In this document: in pieces, positions 26,384-35,433 of the stretch
How the letters are laid out: the number at the start of each line of letters is the position of its first letter
How positions within the stretch are numbered: the first letter of the stretch is position 1
Source: an uncultured Acidobacterium sp.
GTDB lineage: Bacteria; Acidobacteriota; Vicinamibacteria; Vicinamibacterales; UBA2999
Assembly (NCBI GenBank): GCA_964495855.1
Contig: CAZBYY010000002.1
Location: 1-36,662 of the forward strand
DNA: 36,662 bases
Direction: 5' to 3'
The notes under the pieces: generated by a model
Database searches by the model: none
What the model saw: the letters and a program-made list of their open reading frames with translations, nothing else
Told to the model about the DNA's origin: nothing
Made by a program: the position numbers and the translations under genes

Positions 26384-26415
26384 GTGCCGGGTGCCGAGTG
26401 CCGGTGCGCGTGCCG
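26384..26415. repeat. Four copies of GTGCCG, three of them as tandem heptamers
   Basis: GTGCCGg GTGCCGa GTGCCGg tgcgc GTGCCGg, at 26384, 26391, 26398 and 26410. The repeat is intergenic, between the FAD oxidase stop (26357) and the outer-membrane protein start (26465). Confidence 0.6.
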
Positions 26416-26464
26416 GTCACAACATTGGTCCCGCGGCGCCAATCGCTGATACGTTTAAGTGTTG

Positions 26465-28804
26465 ATGAAGTTGCTGTTGCTCGCCGCGCTGATGAGCGCG
26501 GCGCCGACCGTGTACGACGGACGGTCGGGATCGATCGACGTCGCGCCTCCTCGGATCGATCAAGCCATCGAGATCGACGGCAAGCTCGATGAGGCCGTCT
26601 GGTCGCAGGCCGCGGTGCTCTCCGGCTTCTCGCGCTACGCGCCGCTTGATGGCGCGCCGGCGGAGAACGCGACAGAAGTGCTCGTCTGGTATTCGCCGAC
26701 CGCCATCCATTTCGGCATTCGCGCCTCCGCGCCGGCCGGATCAGTGCGCGCGACGCTTGCCGACCGCGATCACCTGCAGTCGGACGATCACATCCTGATT
26801 TTTCTCAGCACCTACAACGACGGCCGCCAGGCGCTGGTGTTCGGCGTGAACCCGCTCGGCGTGCAGCTCGATGGCTCGCTCGCAGAGGGCATGCGCGGCA
26901 GTGGCGGCGGGTTCGGCGGCCTGGTGAGCGGGCGAGAAGCGCCGGACCTGAATCCGGATTACGTGTTCCAGTCGAAGGGCCGCATCACGGAATCGGGATA
27001 CGAGGTGGAGGTCCGCATTCCGTTCAAGAGCCTTCGCTACCAGTCGCAGCCCGAACAGGACTGGGGCATTCACATCACTCGCGTGGTGCCGTACCAAGGC
27101 ATTGAAGACACGTGGGCGCCGGCCAAGCGCGATGCCGCGTCGTTCCTCTCGCAAGCGGGGCATTTGAAGAACCTCCGCGACCTCCGCCGTGGACTCGTGC
27201 TCGACGTGAACCCCGTCACGACCGCGAAGCTCGATGGCCGGGAAGGATCGTCTGGATGGGCGTACGACGGCAGCCGCCCGGAATTTGGCGTCAACCTGCG
27301 ATGGGGCATCACGCCGAACCTGACGATGAACGGGACGATCAATCCCGACTTCTCGCAGGTGGAGTCTGATGCCGGCCAGTTCACCTACGATCCCCGCCAG
27401 GCGCTGTTCTTCCCGGAGAAGCGGCCGTTCTTCCTCGACGGCAGCGAACAATTCGCAACGCCCAACAACCTGATTTACACCCGCCGCGTCGTCTCGCCGA
27501 TTGCGGCAACGAAAGTCACCGGCAAGGTCACGGGCCGCACGAGCCTCGCGTATCTGGCCGCCGTGGACGACGCGTCGCTGTCGGCGAGCGGGCACGATCA
27601 TCCGGTGTTCAACATTCTCCGCCTGCAGCAGGACCTCGGCGCGAAGTCGCGTGCCGCGCTGGTCTATACCGATCGCATCGACGGCGATCGTTCGAATCGC
27701 GTCATTGGGTCGGACGCGCGATTCGTGTGGGGCGACATCTACAGCCTCACCGCGCAGGGCGCGCTGAGCCGCACTGCGGTCAACGGGGCGGTGACGACGG
27801 CGCCGCTATGGCAGAGTGTGCTGGCGCGCACGGGCCGGCGGTTCCAGTTCCGCTACACGGTGCGCGGCATAGATCCAGATTTTCGCGCGGCCGCGGGATT
27901 CATCTCGCGCACGGGTGTGGCCTCCGGCAACTTCAACCACACGCTCGTGACCTACGGCAGGCCGGGCAGTCCGATCGAGCGCTGGTCAAGCGACGTGGTC
28001 GTCGATGGCTCCTGGGTCTACGAGGACCTCATGGCCGGCCGCCCGTCGCAGGATCGCAAGCTGCACTTCAACAACAACGTGACGTTCAAGGGCGGGTGGC
28101 GCGTCGGCGGCTCGGTGCTGTTCGAGTCGTTCGGCTTCGACCAGCGGTTGTATTCGAACTATTACCGCGCGCGTCCGGGGGCGAGCGGGATCGAGCACGT
28201 GCCGTATCCGGCGGGGCCGCGGCTGCCGAATCGCGATTACGTGTTGTCGGCCACGACGCCGCAACGCGCCGGCGTCGAGTTCGACGGCCAGATCGTGTGG
28301 GGGCAGGACGAAAATTTCTACGAATGGTCGTCCGCTGACATCGGCTTCGTGAACCTCGGCTTCGCGTGGAAGCCGACCGACAAGCTGCGCGTCGAGCCGC
28401 GCTACCAGATGCAATCGTTCCGGCGACGGAGCGATGGGACCATCGTGGGCGTGCGCAGGATCCCGCGCGTCAAGACCGAGTATCAGATCTCCCGGCCGAT
28501 CTTCATCCGCTTCGTCGGCGAGTACAGCAGCGACTGGCAGGACGACCTGCGCGACGATTCGCGCTCGAACGCGCCGATCTACATCCTGAATCGCGCCACC
28601 GGCCAGTACGATCGCGCCGCGGGGACGTCCGTGCGGTCGTTCCGTGCCGACGTGCTGTTCTCGTACCAGCCGACGCCGGGCACCGTGCTGTTTGCGGGGT
28701 ACGGCAACACGCTCGCCGACGTGAACGACGACTTCAAGACGCGCGCCTTGAAACGCGCGAGAGACGGGTTCTTCTTGAAGTTTAGTTACCTGTTTCGACT
28801 GTGA
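26465..28804 (+). CDS. Outer-membrane protein with N-terminal CBM9-like domain and DUF5916-type beta-barrel
   Basis: The signal peptide is MKLLLLAALMSAAPT. The CBM9-like block is IDGKLDEAVWSQAAVLSGF....P......TEV.VWYS..A...G. A long region of alternating beta-strand character ends in an aromatic-rich C-terminus, FFLKFSYLFRL. Confidence 0.7.
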   Translation: MKLLLLAALMSAAPTVYDGRSGSIDVAPPRIDQAIEIDGKLDEAVWSQAAVLSGFSRYAPLDGAPAENATEVLVWYSPTAIHFGIRASAPAGSVRATLADRDHLQSDDHILIFLSTYNDGRQALVFGVNPLGVQLDGSLAEGMRGSGGGFGGLVSGREAPDLNPDYVFQSKGRITESGYEVEVRIPFKSLRYQSQPEQDWGIHITRVVPYQGIEDTWAPAKRDAASFLSQAGHLKNLRDLRRGLVLDVNPVTTAKLDGREGSSGWAYDGSRPEFGVNLRWGITPNLTMNGTINPDFSQVESDAGQFTYDPRQALFFPEKRPFFLDGSEQFATPNNLIYTRRVVSPIAATKVTGKVTGRTSLAYLAAVDDASLSASGHDHPVFNILRLQQDLGAKSRAALVYTDRIDGDRSNRVIGSDARFVWGDIYSLTAQGALSRTAVNGAVTTAPLWQSVLARTGRRFQFRYTVRGIDPDFRAAAGFISRTGVASGNFNHTLVTYGRPGSPIERWSSDVVVDGSWVYEDLMAGRPSQDRKLHFNNNVTFKGGWRVGGSVLFESFGFDQRLYSNYYRARPGASGIEHVPYPAGPRLPNRDYVLSATTPQRAGVEFDGQIVWGQDENFYEWSSADIGFVNLGFAWKPTDKLRVEPRYQMQSFRRRSDGTIVGVRRIPRVKTEYQISRPIFIRFVGEYSSDWQDDLRDDSRSNAPIYILNRATGQYDRAAGTSVRSFRADVLFSYQPTPGTVLFAGYGNTLADVNDDFKTRALKRARDGFFLKFSYLFRL

Positions 28805-28938
28805 AATTGACGATTGGGAGATTCCTTGATTCCTTGATTGTTGGGTGATGTGAAATTGTCGATCGCCGAATCATTCAGCGATTTCACATCGACATTCACC
28901 CAGCAATCGTCAATCAAGGAATCTTCAATCACCCAATG
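28805..28938. repeat. AT-rich ~134-nt composite palindromic element between convergent genes (bidirectional terminator or REP/MITE-like element)
   Basis: Four block pairs are perfectly complementary. gatgtgaaat 28847-28856 pairs with atttcacatc 28881-28890. tgggtga 28842-28848 pairs with tcaccca 28896-28902. gattccttgatt 28820-28831 pairs with aatcaaggaatc 28912-28923. attgacgatt 28806-28815 pairs with aatcgtcaat 28905-28914. The left arm contains the direct repeat attccttg attccttg. My hand count is 57 G+C in 134 nt. Confidence 0.6.
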
Positions 28939-29216
28939 TCCTCAGGCTTGGGCCGCCAGAGCACCACCACCTTGCCGACGCCGTAGACGAGCGCGGCATC
29001 GGTGCGTGCGGCGATCGCGTCCGCGCTGTCGCGGCGCGCCTCGCGGTCATCGCCGACGATCTTGACCTTGATGAGCTCGTGGGCGGTGAGCGCGCGATCG
29101 ACTTCCTTGACCACCGCATCGGTGACGCCGCCGTGACCCACCTGGACGCTGGGTTCGAGGGAGTGGGCGCGGGCCTTGAGGTGCGCACGTTCGCGGGGCG
29201 TCAATGAGACCGGCAT
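28929..29216 (-). CDS. yhbY: YhbY-family (CRM domain) RNA-binding ribosome-assembly protein
   Basis: The 95-aa product reads [49 protein letters not shown]...[13 protein letters not shown], the typical YhbY pattern. Confidence 0.85.
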   Translation of the reverse strand: MPVSLTPRERAHLKARAHSLEPSVQVGHGGVTDAVVKEVDRALTAHELIKVKIVGDDREARRDSADAIAARTDAALVYGVGKVVVLWRPKPEDIG

Positions 29217-29282
29217 GACTCGATTGTATTCCCGGCGGGAACTCGGCTCCCAACGGGAGTAGAATCCCGACGGGAGTCAGTC

Positions 29283-29636
29283 ATGCTGAGTGAATTCAAG
29301 GAATTCATCGCCAAGGGCAACGTGATGGATCTCGCCGTCGGCGTGATCATCGGCGCCGCGTTCCAGAAGATCGTGGACTCGCTGGTGAACGACATCGTGA
29401 TGCCGGTCGTCGGACTCGTTACCGGCGGCACTGACTTCACCAATCAATGTGTCGTGCTGCATGCCGGCGCCAAGGCGGCGCCGCCGTACGCCTCACTGGC
29501 GGAGGCGAAGGCGGCCGGCGCGACCATGCTGGCCTACGGCGCTTTCATCACGCAGGTGCTGCAGTTCCTGATCCTCGCGTGGATCGTGTTCCTGATGGTG
29601 AAGGCAGTCAACCGGATCAGGCGGCAGTCAGCCTGA
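29283..29636 (+). CDS. mscL: Large-conductance mechanosensitive channel
   Basis: [44 protein letters not shown]...[26 protein letters not shown] is a near-textbook MscL. GGGAG RBS lies upstream. A TAGAAT hexamer at 29261-29266 is a possible -10. Confidence 0.95.
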   Translation: MLSEFKEFIAKGNVMDLAVGVIIGAAFQKIVDSLVNDIVMPVVGLVTGGTDFTNQCVVLHAGAKAAPPYASLAEAKAAGATMLAYGAFITQVLQFLILAWIVFLMVKAVNRIRRQSA

Positions 29637-30114
29637 CGTGGCCGATGTGATGGCGTCCGTGCCACGCATACAGCTGTAAGTACCAGTCGAGCGCGCGCGG
29701 GCCGTGCTCAGGATGCACCGCTTCGCGCGCGAAGTCGGCGTCGCGCATCGACTGCAGCAGCGCGTGCCAGCGCGCATGCAGCCCCTCGAGGATCTGGATC
29801 GACAACTGTGGATCCAGCGTCATGTCGGCCAGCTTGGCCCACTCCACTTCGTTGTACGGCTTGATCGTCGGCCTGTCTTCCGTGAGCGCGAGGCGGAAGC
29901 GGATGAACGCATTCATGTGGCTGTCGGCGATGTGATGCACCACCTGCCTCGTCGTCCAGCCACCCTCACGATACGGCTGATCGAGGCGGGCGCCCGGCAT
30001 GGCGGCCTTGAGCTCGGCCGGCAACGCGCCGATCGCGGCCATGCAGTCGCGACGCGTCTGCGGCGTGGGGTTCGGGTCGAACGCAAATTTTCCGGTCGGG
30101 AATCGTGGATCCAT
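29617..30114 (-). CDS. DinB/YfiT-family metal-dependent hydrolase or thiol transferase
   Basis: From ATG 30114 the product reads [17 protein letters not shown]......[39 protein letters not shown]......L..LH.RW.......D.......HPE.G....[15 protein letters not shown]. The His triad pattern of the YfiT family is present. Confidence 0.8.
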   Translation of the reverse strand: MDPRFPTGKFAFDPNPTPQTRRDCMAAIGALPAELKAAMPGARLDQPYREGGWTTRQVVHHIADSHMNAFIRFRLALTEDRPTIKPYNEVEWAKLADMTLDPQLSIQILEGLHARWHALLQSMRDADFAREAVHPEHGPRALDWYLQLYAWHGRHHIGHVRLTAA

Positions 30115-30152
30115 CCGCCGATGATAGCGCACGCGCGCGGTGCGCTCTCCCG

Positions 30153-32249
30153 CTAGAACGTCTTCCTCGCTTCGAGGTGCGCTTCGATGTCCTTGCGATC
30201 TTTCCAGATCGGGCGCATCTCCTTGCGCGACATCAGCTTGATCTGGTCTTCGACGTGCGGCGATCCCTTCTTCGACCAGTTGCCGTAGCTGAGCAGGCCT
30301 TCGGCGTGGATCGGCGTCGAGAATTCGACGACCGCGAAGAACGTATCGCCTTGAATGCCTTCGATCTTGCCGTCCTTGAACGGTGAGACACCGACAGTGC
30401 GGATCGCACCGAGCTGCGATGGCGCGCCGTTGCCCGGCAGATCGACGTTGCCGCGGCGGAAGCGCAGCACCTCGCCCCACGGCACGTTCAACTTGCCGTA
30501 CTCCTTCTCCACATCACCCGCGACCTTGTCGAGTGCGGTCATCGCCTTGGCCGCATCCGCGAACCCTCGCGGCGTGTCGAGCGGCCTGCGATCGTCGCGC
30601 GCCACGGCAAAGCCGCCGATGCACTCGAAGTCGTTGCCGGTTTCGGTCATGAACTTGTAAAAGAGCAGCGTGCCGTCGCTCGTCGTCTCGGACTGCCGAT
30701 CCCAATGCGCGAGCACATCCGCAGCGCGCTTGGCGCGATTGGTGCCGATCCTCTTCGCGGTCGCAACGATGTCGTCGACGAACTGGTCGGCGGTCTCGAG
30801 CCGCGTCGACAGCTTGCCGGCTTTGACGTCGGCGAACGTCATCTTCTTGCCCGTGAAACCGCTGAGGATGCGCGTGCCGCGCTGCGCGCGCTGCGTGATG
30901 CCCTGCGGCGCGGCGAAGCCGGCGGCGAACGTCGTTGAATCGAGCATCGGCGGATAGACCGACGTCCACGGCATGTCGTTCGAGTTCTGGACCCAGCCGG
31001 TAGGCGGATCGAAGACCTGCGGCACCTGGTCGAACGGCACGATCGTCGTCGCGATCAGATCAGAGCGATCGCCGGGGACGACGCCCTGCCAGTAGCGGTA
31101 GTCGCCGGTCGGATGCACGGGCAGCGTCGCGTTGTAGACGTAGCCGATGTGGCCGTCGCGATCCGCATATGCGGTGTTGAACAACGGCAGTTGCTGCATC
31201 CGCATCGCCTCTTTCCACTCGGCGAGGTTGTGGGCGAGGCCCATGCGCCAGAACTGCTCGAACAGGCGCGGACGATCGATGGCGGCGACGCGCATGGCGA
31301 TCGTCGCGCCGTTGCGCTCGGCGACGACCGGCCCATGGACGGTGCGGCGGATCGTCAGCGTCTCCTGCCGCATCTGTCCGTCCTTGCCCTTGATCTTGAT
31401 CACTTCGGTGGACGTATCGAACGGCTTGACCGCGCCGTCGAGCACGTAGCCGCCATCCTTCAGCGTCAGGCGATACAGGTCGGACTCGGCAGGATTGTTG
31501 GTCGTCTGCGTCCAGCCAACGAAGTCAGTGAAGCACTGGCGGAGCACGGGGAAGCCGACCCAGACCGCGCCGTACGACGTCACGCCCGGCGCCGTCAGCT
31601 GCACCTCGAAGTAGGTGTGCATGTCGCCCCATTGCAGGTGCGAGTTGCTGAGCAGCATCGCGTGGCCGTTGGCCGAGTACGACGGCGCAATCGCCCATTC
31701 GTTCGAGCCATGCGTGTCGAGATCGGCGCGCCGCAGGCGGCCGTCGAGCTTCGACGGGTTGATGATCCAGTCGTAATGAATCACGCGCAGGCAATGCGCG
31801 TAGACATCGTCGACCGTCACCGGCAGCACCTGCCTGGCTTCGGCGCTGAGATCGGACGGATGCTCCTTGGCCCACGCGTTGAGACCATCGACGAACGAGG
31901 CGATCAGCGGTCCGAACTGCGGTGTCTGCCCCTTCGCCCATTCCTTTGCGCGCGCGGGAAGGCCGTTGGTGCGGACCCAGCGATCGGCCTCGAGATACTG
32001 CTCGCCGTAGATCTCGGCGCCGCGGCCGCGCGCCTGCGCGTAGAGTCGCAGCAGAAGTTCGGAGTGCGCCTCCATCTGTGCATAGCCGTAGGCGTAGAAC
32101 AGGCTTGGATGATCGGGCGCGAAGATGTGGGCGATGCCCCAGGTGTCCCAGAGGATCTCGGTGCCCTTGACCGGGGTGGCGGCGCTCAGCCGAGCGGGCT
32201 GCGAAGCGACGGTGAGCGTCAGTGCAAGCGCGGCGGCGAACAAACGCAT
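30153..32249 (-). CDS. Penicillin/AHL acylase-family Ntn hydrolase (peptidase S45; PvdQ/QuiP-like)
   Basis: GGGAGG RBS precedes ATG 32249. The signal peptide is MRLFAAALALTLTVASQPARLSA. The alpha subunit contains ILWDTWGIAHIFA..YAYGYAQ. The autoproteolytic site and nucleophile are THGSNEWAIAP. Confidence 0.85.
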   Translation of the reverse strand: MRLFAAALALTLTVASQPARLSAATPVKGTEILWDTWGIAHIFAPDHPSLFYAYGYAQMEAHSELLLRLYAQARGRGAEIYGEQYLEADRWVRTNGLPARAKEWAKGQTPQFGPLIASFVDGLNAWAKEHPSDLSAEARQVLPVTVDDVYAHCLRVIHYDWIINPSKLDGRLRRADLDTHGSNEWAIAPSYSANGHAMLLSNSHLQWGDMHTYFEVQLTAPGVTSYGAVWVGFPVLRQCFTDFVGWTQTTNNPAESDLYRLTLKDGGYVLDGAVKPFDTSTEVIKIKGKDGQMRQETLTIRRTVHGPVVAERNGATIAMRVAAIDRPRLFEQFWRMGLAHNLAEWKEAMRMQQLPLFNTAYADRDGHIGYVYNATLPVHPTGDYRYWQGVVPGDRSDLIATTIVPFDQVPQVFDPPTGWVQNSNDMPWTSVYPPMLDSTTFAAGFAAPQGITQRAQRGTRILSGFTGKKMTFADVKAGKLSTRLETADQFVDDIVATAKRIGTNRAKRAADVLAHWDRQSETTSDGTLLFYKFMTETGNDFECIGGFAVARDDRRPLDTPRGFADAAKAMTALDKVAGDVEKEYGKLNVPWGEVLRFRRGNVDLPGNGAPSQLGAIRTVGVSPFKDGKIEGIQGDTFFAVVEFSTPIHAEGLLSYGNWSKKGSPHVEDQIKLMSRKEMRPIWKDRKDIEAHLEARKTF

Positions 32250-32297
32250 GGAACCTCCCGTGTGGTTCGCCACCTTATCACGATCGTGGCAGCCCGC

Positions 32298-32321
32298 AGC
32301 GGGCGGGGTTTACCGCCCGCT
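32298..32321 (-). terminator. GC-rich hairpin overlapping the RND pump stop codon (possible terminator or attenuator; no U-tract)
   Basis: agcgggcgg (32298-32306) - ggttta - ccgcccgct (32313-32321) forms a 9-bp perfect stem. It lies between the RND gene (stop 32320-32322) and the acylase start (32249). Confidence 0.3.
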
Positions 32322-35300
32322 ACTCAGGAATCTTCGTGGGTTCGGCGTTGGGCCGCAGCCAGTGTCCGAAGCGCCGCGCCCAGTAATACGACACGGGCAG
32401 CACGATCAGCGTCAGCGCGGCGGCCGAAATCGTGCCGGCGACCACCACCACTGCGATCGGACGCTGCGTTTCACTGCCGATCTCGTGCGACAAGGCCGCG
32501 GGGAGCAGACCAAGCGCGGCCAGCAGGCCCGTCATCAGCACCGCACGGAGGCGATCGCGTGCGCCGTTGAACACCGCGCCGAACAGGTCCTCGCCCGCGG
32601 TTTCCCTCGTGCGAATTGCCGACACCATCAGCACGCCGTTAAGCACGGCCTGGCCGAGCAGCGCGATGAAGCCCACCGCCGCGGCCACCGACAGCGACAT
32701 GCCGGCCATCGCCAGTCCGGCGACGCCGCCAACGAGCGCGAGCGGCACGTTGAACATGATGAGCAGCGAATCGAACAGCGACTGGAACTGCGAGAAGAGC
32801 AGCACGAACGTAATCACCAGTGCCGCGGGAATCACCAGCTGCAGGCGCGCCATCGCGCGCTGCTGATTCTCGAACTCGCCGCCCCAGATCACCGAGTAGC
32901 CCGCCGGCAATTTCACCTGCTCGGCCACCTTCCGCTGCGCCTCGGCCACGAAGCTGCCCATGTCGCGATTGCGGACGTTCATGCGCACGCCGACGTAGCG
33001 GCGGCCATTTTCGCGCGTGATCGCCGCGCGGCCGGTCTTCATGCTGACGTCTGCGACCGTCGACAACGGGATCAGCGCGCCGCTCTTGAGCGGCAGCATG
33101 AGGTTGCGAATCGCGCCCGCGTCTTCGCGCGTCGCCTGCGGCATGCGCACGGTGACGTCAAATCGCCGCTCGCCCTCGAAGATGTCCGTGGCGGTGTGAC
33201 CGGCCATCGCGGTTTCGAGAAAGTCCTGCACGTCCTCCAGGTCGAGGTTGTATCGCGCGAGCGCCGGCCGATTGAGGAGGACCGACAACTGCGGCATTTC
33301 GCCGGCTTTCACGATGCCGACATCCGAAGCGCCGGGCACGGCGGCAATCGTGTCGTTGGCCGCCTCGGCCGCCTTCTGCAGTTCCACGAGATCGTCGCCG
33401 TAAATCTTCAGCGCGATCTGCCCGAACTGGCCGGCGATGTTCTCGTTGACGTTGTCGCGAATCGGCTGCGAGAAGTTGTACTCGGGGCCCGGAATCTCCT
33501 GGAGGCTCTTTTCCATCTCTGGCACGAGGTCGTACGGCGAGTGCGCTCCCGCCCGCCACTCGTGGAGCGGCCGTAGCTTCAAGAAGAACTCGAGGTTGTT
33601 CGGGAGCGTCGGGTCCGTGCCATCCTCGGGTCGGCCGAGCTGCGACAGCACGTCGGCGACTTCGTGCGTACGAAGCAGCCGCTCGCGGATCTGTGGCACG
33701 AGGCGTCGAGCCTCAGTGAGCGACACGTTCCCCGGTAACGAGAACGTGACATACAACGATCCCTCGTTCAGTTCCGGCAGGAACTCTGAACCGAGCTTCG
33801 GCAACAGCACAATGGCTGCGGCAAGTGCGCACGCGGCAATGCCCATCACAGGGCCCGGGTTGGCGAGCGCGAGCCGCAGCGTCGGGTCATACGCCGTGCG
33901 CAACCAGCGCAGCACCGGCGAGTCGGGCAATGGCTTGCGCGACTTGCGAAGCGCCACCCACACCAACACGGGAACGAGCGTGAAGCTGAAGATCAGCGCG
34001 CCAACGAGCGCGCTCACCACCGTGTGGGCCATCGGTCCGAAAATGCGGCCCTCGACGCGCTGCAGCGAGAAGATCGGAATGTACGCCGCGATGATGATCA
34101 GCAGCGAAAACAGCGTCGGCCGCGCCACCTCCTGGGCCGCGTGCAGGATGCGCGATTTCAGCGTTTCGGGATGGTCGCCGGCATCAACCTTGTGGAACAG
34201 GTGTTCGACGAGGATCACCGCGCCATCGACGATGATGCCGAAGTCGACCGCGCCCATCGACAGCAGGTTCGCCGACATGCCGCGCAGGTGCAGGTAGAGG
34301 AACGATGCGAGCAGCGACAACGGGATGATTGCCGCCACGATCAACGACGCACGCAGGCTCATCAGGAAGACGAACAGCACGGCGATCACCAGCACCGCGC
34401 CTTCGGTGAGGTTTCGGAAGACCGTCTTCAGCGTTGAATCGACCAGCTCGGTGCGGTCGTAGAACGCCTTGATGCGCACGCCCGCCGGCAGTTGTCCGCC
34501 GTTCAGATCGTTGACCACCGTTCGCATGGCGGCGAGCACCTGCGACGGGTTCTCGCCGCGCCGCATCAGCACGATGCCTTCGACGGCGTCTTCTTCCTTG
34601 CCGCGGCTGACAATGCCCTGCCGCGGCGCGTAGCCGACGCGCACGGCCGCCACGTCCTTGACGGTGACCGGAACGTCGCCGTGGAAGGCCACGCGCACCT
34701 GCTCGATGTCCTTGACGTCGCTGAAGATGCCCATGCTGCGGATCACGAACATCTCCGAGCCGCGCTCGACGTAGCCGCCGCTTGCGTTGTGGCTGGCCTT
34801 CTGCAGCGCCTCGAACAGCTCCGACAAGTCGACGTGAAGCGTCGCCATGCGCGCCGGGTCGGGCTCGACGTGCACTTCCTTGATCAAGCCGCCGTAGGAC
34901 ACGACGTCGGCGACGCCGGGCACCTGCAGCAGCCGCGGACGCACGTTCCATTCCTGCAGCGTGCGCAGTTCCATCAGGTCCGTCGTGTCGCTCTCGAGTG
35001 AGTAGCGGAACACTTCGCCGATCGGGGTGGCCAGCGGGCCGAGTGACGGCTTGACGCCGTCGGGGAGATCGGCCTGCGAGGCGCGCTCGAGGACCTGCTG
35101 GCGCGCAATCAACGGATCGACGCCTTCGTTGAAGGTCAGCGTGACGTTCGACAGCCCGAACAGCGAGATGCTGCGCAGCCGGAACAGCCCGGGCGTGCCA
35201 TTCAACGCGCGTTCGAGCGGAATGGAGACGCGACGCTCGACTTCCTCTGTCGGCTGGCCCGGCATGAGCGTGATCACCGAGACCTGCGTATCCGTGGGGT

Positions 35301-35421
35301 CTGGAAACGCCTCGACCGTCAGACTGCGGAAGCCGTAGTAGCCCCAGCCCGCCACGATAGCGGCGAGGACGAACGGGGCGACCGTGTTCCGGAGCGAATA
35401 CTTGAGGAGCGCGTCGATCAT
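32320..35421 (-). CDS. czcA: Heavy-metal efflux RND transporter, CzcA/CusA (HME) family
   Basis: The 1033-aa product starts MIDALLKYSLRN..., which is typical of the family. The TM4 proton-relay block is VDFGIIVDGAVILVEH (CzcA-type DFG-DGA-VEN). Twelve TM helices and two large periplasmic loops can be inferred. Confidence 0.85.
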   Translation of the reverse strand: MIDALLKYSLRNTVAPFVLAAIVAGWGYYGFRSLTVEAFPDPTDTQVSVITLMPGQPTEEVERRVSIPLERALNGTPGLFRLRSISLFGLSNVTLTFNEGVDPLIARQQVLERASQADLPDGVKPSLGPLATPIGEVFRYSLESDTTDLMELRTLQEWNVRPRLLQVPGVADVVSYGGLIKEVHVEPDPARMATLHVDLSELFEALQKASHNASGGYVERGSEMFVIRSMGIFSDVKDIEQVRVAFHGDVPVTVKDVAAVRVGYAPRQGIVSRGKEEDAVEGIVLMRRGENPSQVLAAMRTVVNDLNGGQLPAGVRIKAFYDRTELVDSTLKTVFRNLTEGAVLVIAVLFVFLMSLRASLIVAAIIPLSLLASFLYLHLRGMSANLLSMGAVDFGIIVDGAVILVEHLFHKVDAGDHPETLKSRILHAAQEVARPTLFSLLIIIAAYIPIFSLQRVEGRIFGPMAHTVVSALVGALIFSFTLVPVLVWVALRKSRKPLPDSPVLRWLRTAYDPTLRLALANPGPVMGIAACALAAAIVLLPKLGSEFLPELNEGSLYVTFSLPGNVSLTEARRLVPQIRERLLRTHEVADVLSQLGRPEDGTDPTLPNNLEFFLKLRPLHEWRAGAHSPYDLVPEMEKSLQEIPGPEYNFSQPIRDNVNENIAGQFGQIALKIYGDDLVELQKAAEAANDTIAAVPGASDVGIVKAGEMPQLSVLLNRPALARYNLDLEDVQDFLETAMAGHTATDIFEGERRFDVTVRMPQATREDAGAIRNLMLPLKSGALIPLSTVADVSMKTGRAAITRENGRRYVGVRMNVRNRDMGSFVAEAQRKVAEQVKLPAGYSVIWGGEFENQQRAMARLQLVIPAALVITFVLLFSQFQSLFDSLLIMFNVPLALVGGVAGLAMAGMSLSVAAAVGFIALLGQAVLNGVLMVSAIRTRETAGEDLFGAVFNGARDRLRAVLMTGLLAALGLLPAALSHEIGSETQRPIAVVVVAGTISAAALTLIVLPVSYYWARRFGHWLRPNAEPTKIPE

Positions 35422-35433
35422 GGGACGTCCGGC

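Noticed and set aside
26384-26415. Short tandem repeats considered as a CRISPR array or minisatellite.
   Set aside because: The units are 7 nt with no spacers. There are only four copies and no cas genes. It is reported only as a possible regulatory repeat.
26425-26440. TTGGTCccgcggcgcc as a second sigma-54 (-24/-12) promoter upstream of the outer-membrane protein gene.
   Set aside because: A GG is present, but the position where the -12 GC must lie reads CC. The spacing rule is therefore violated.
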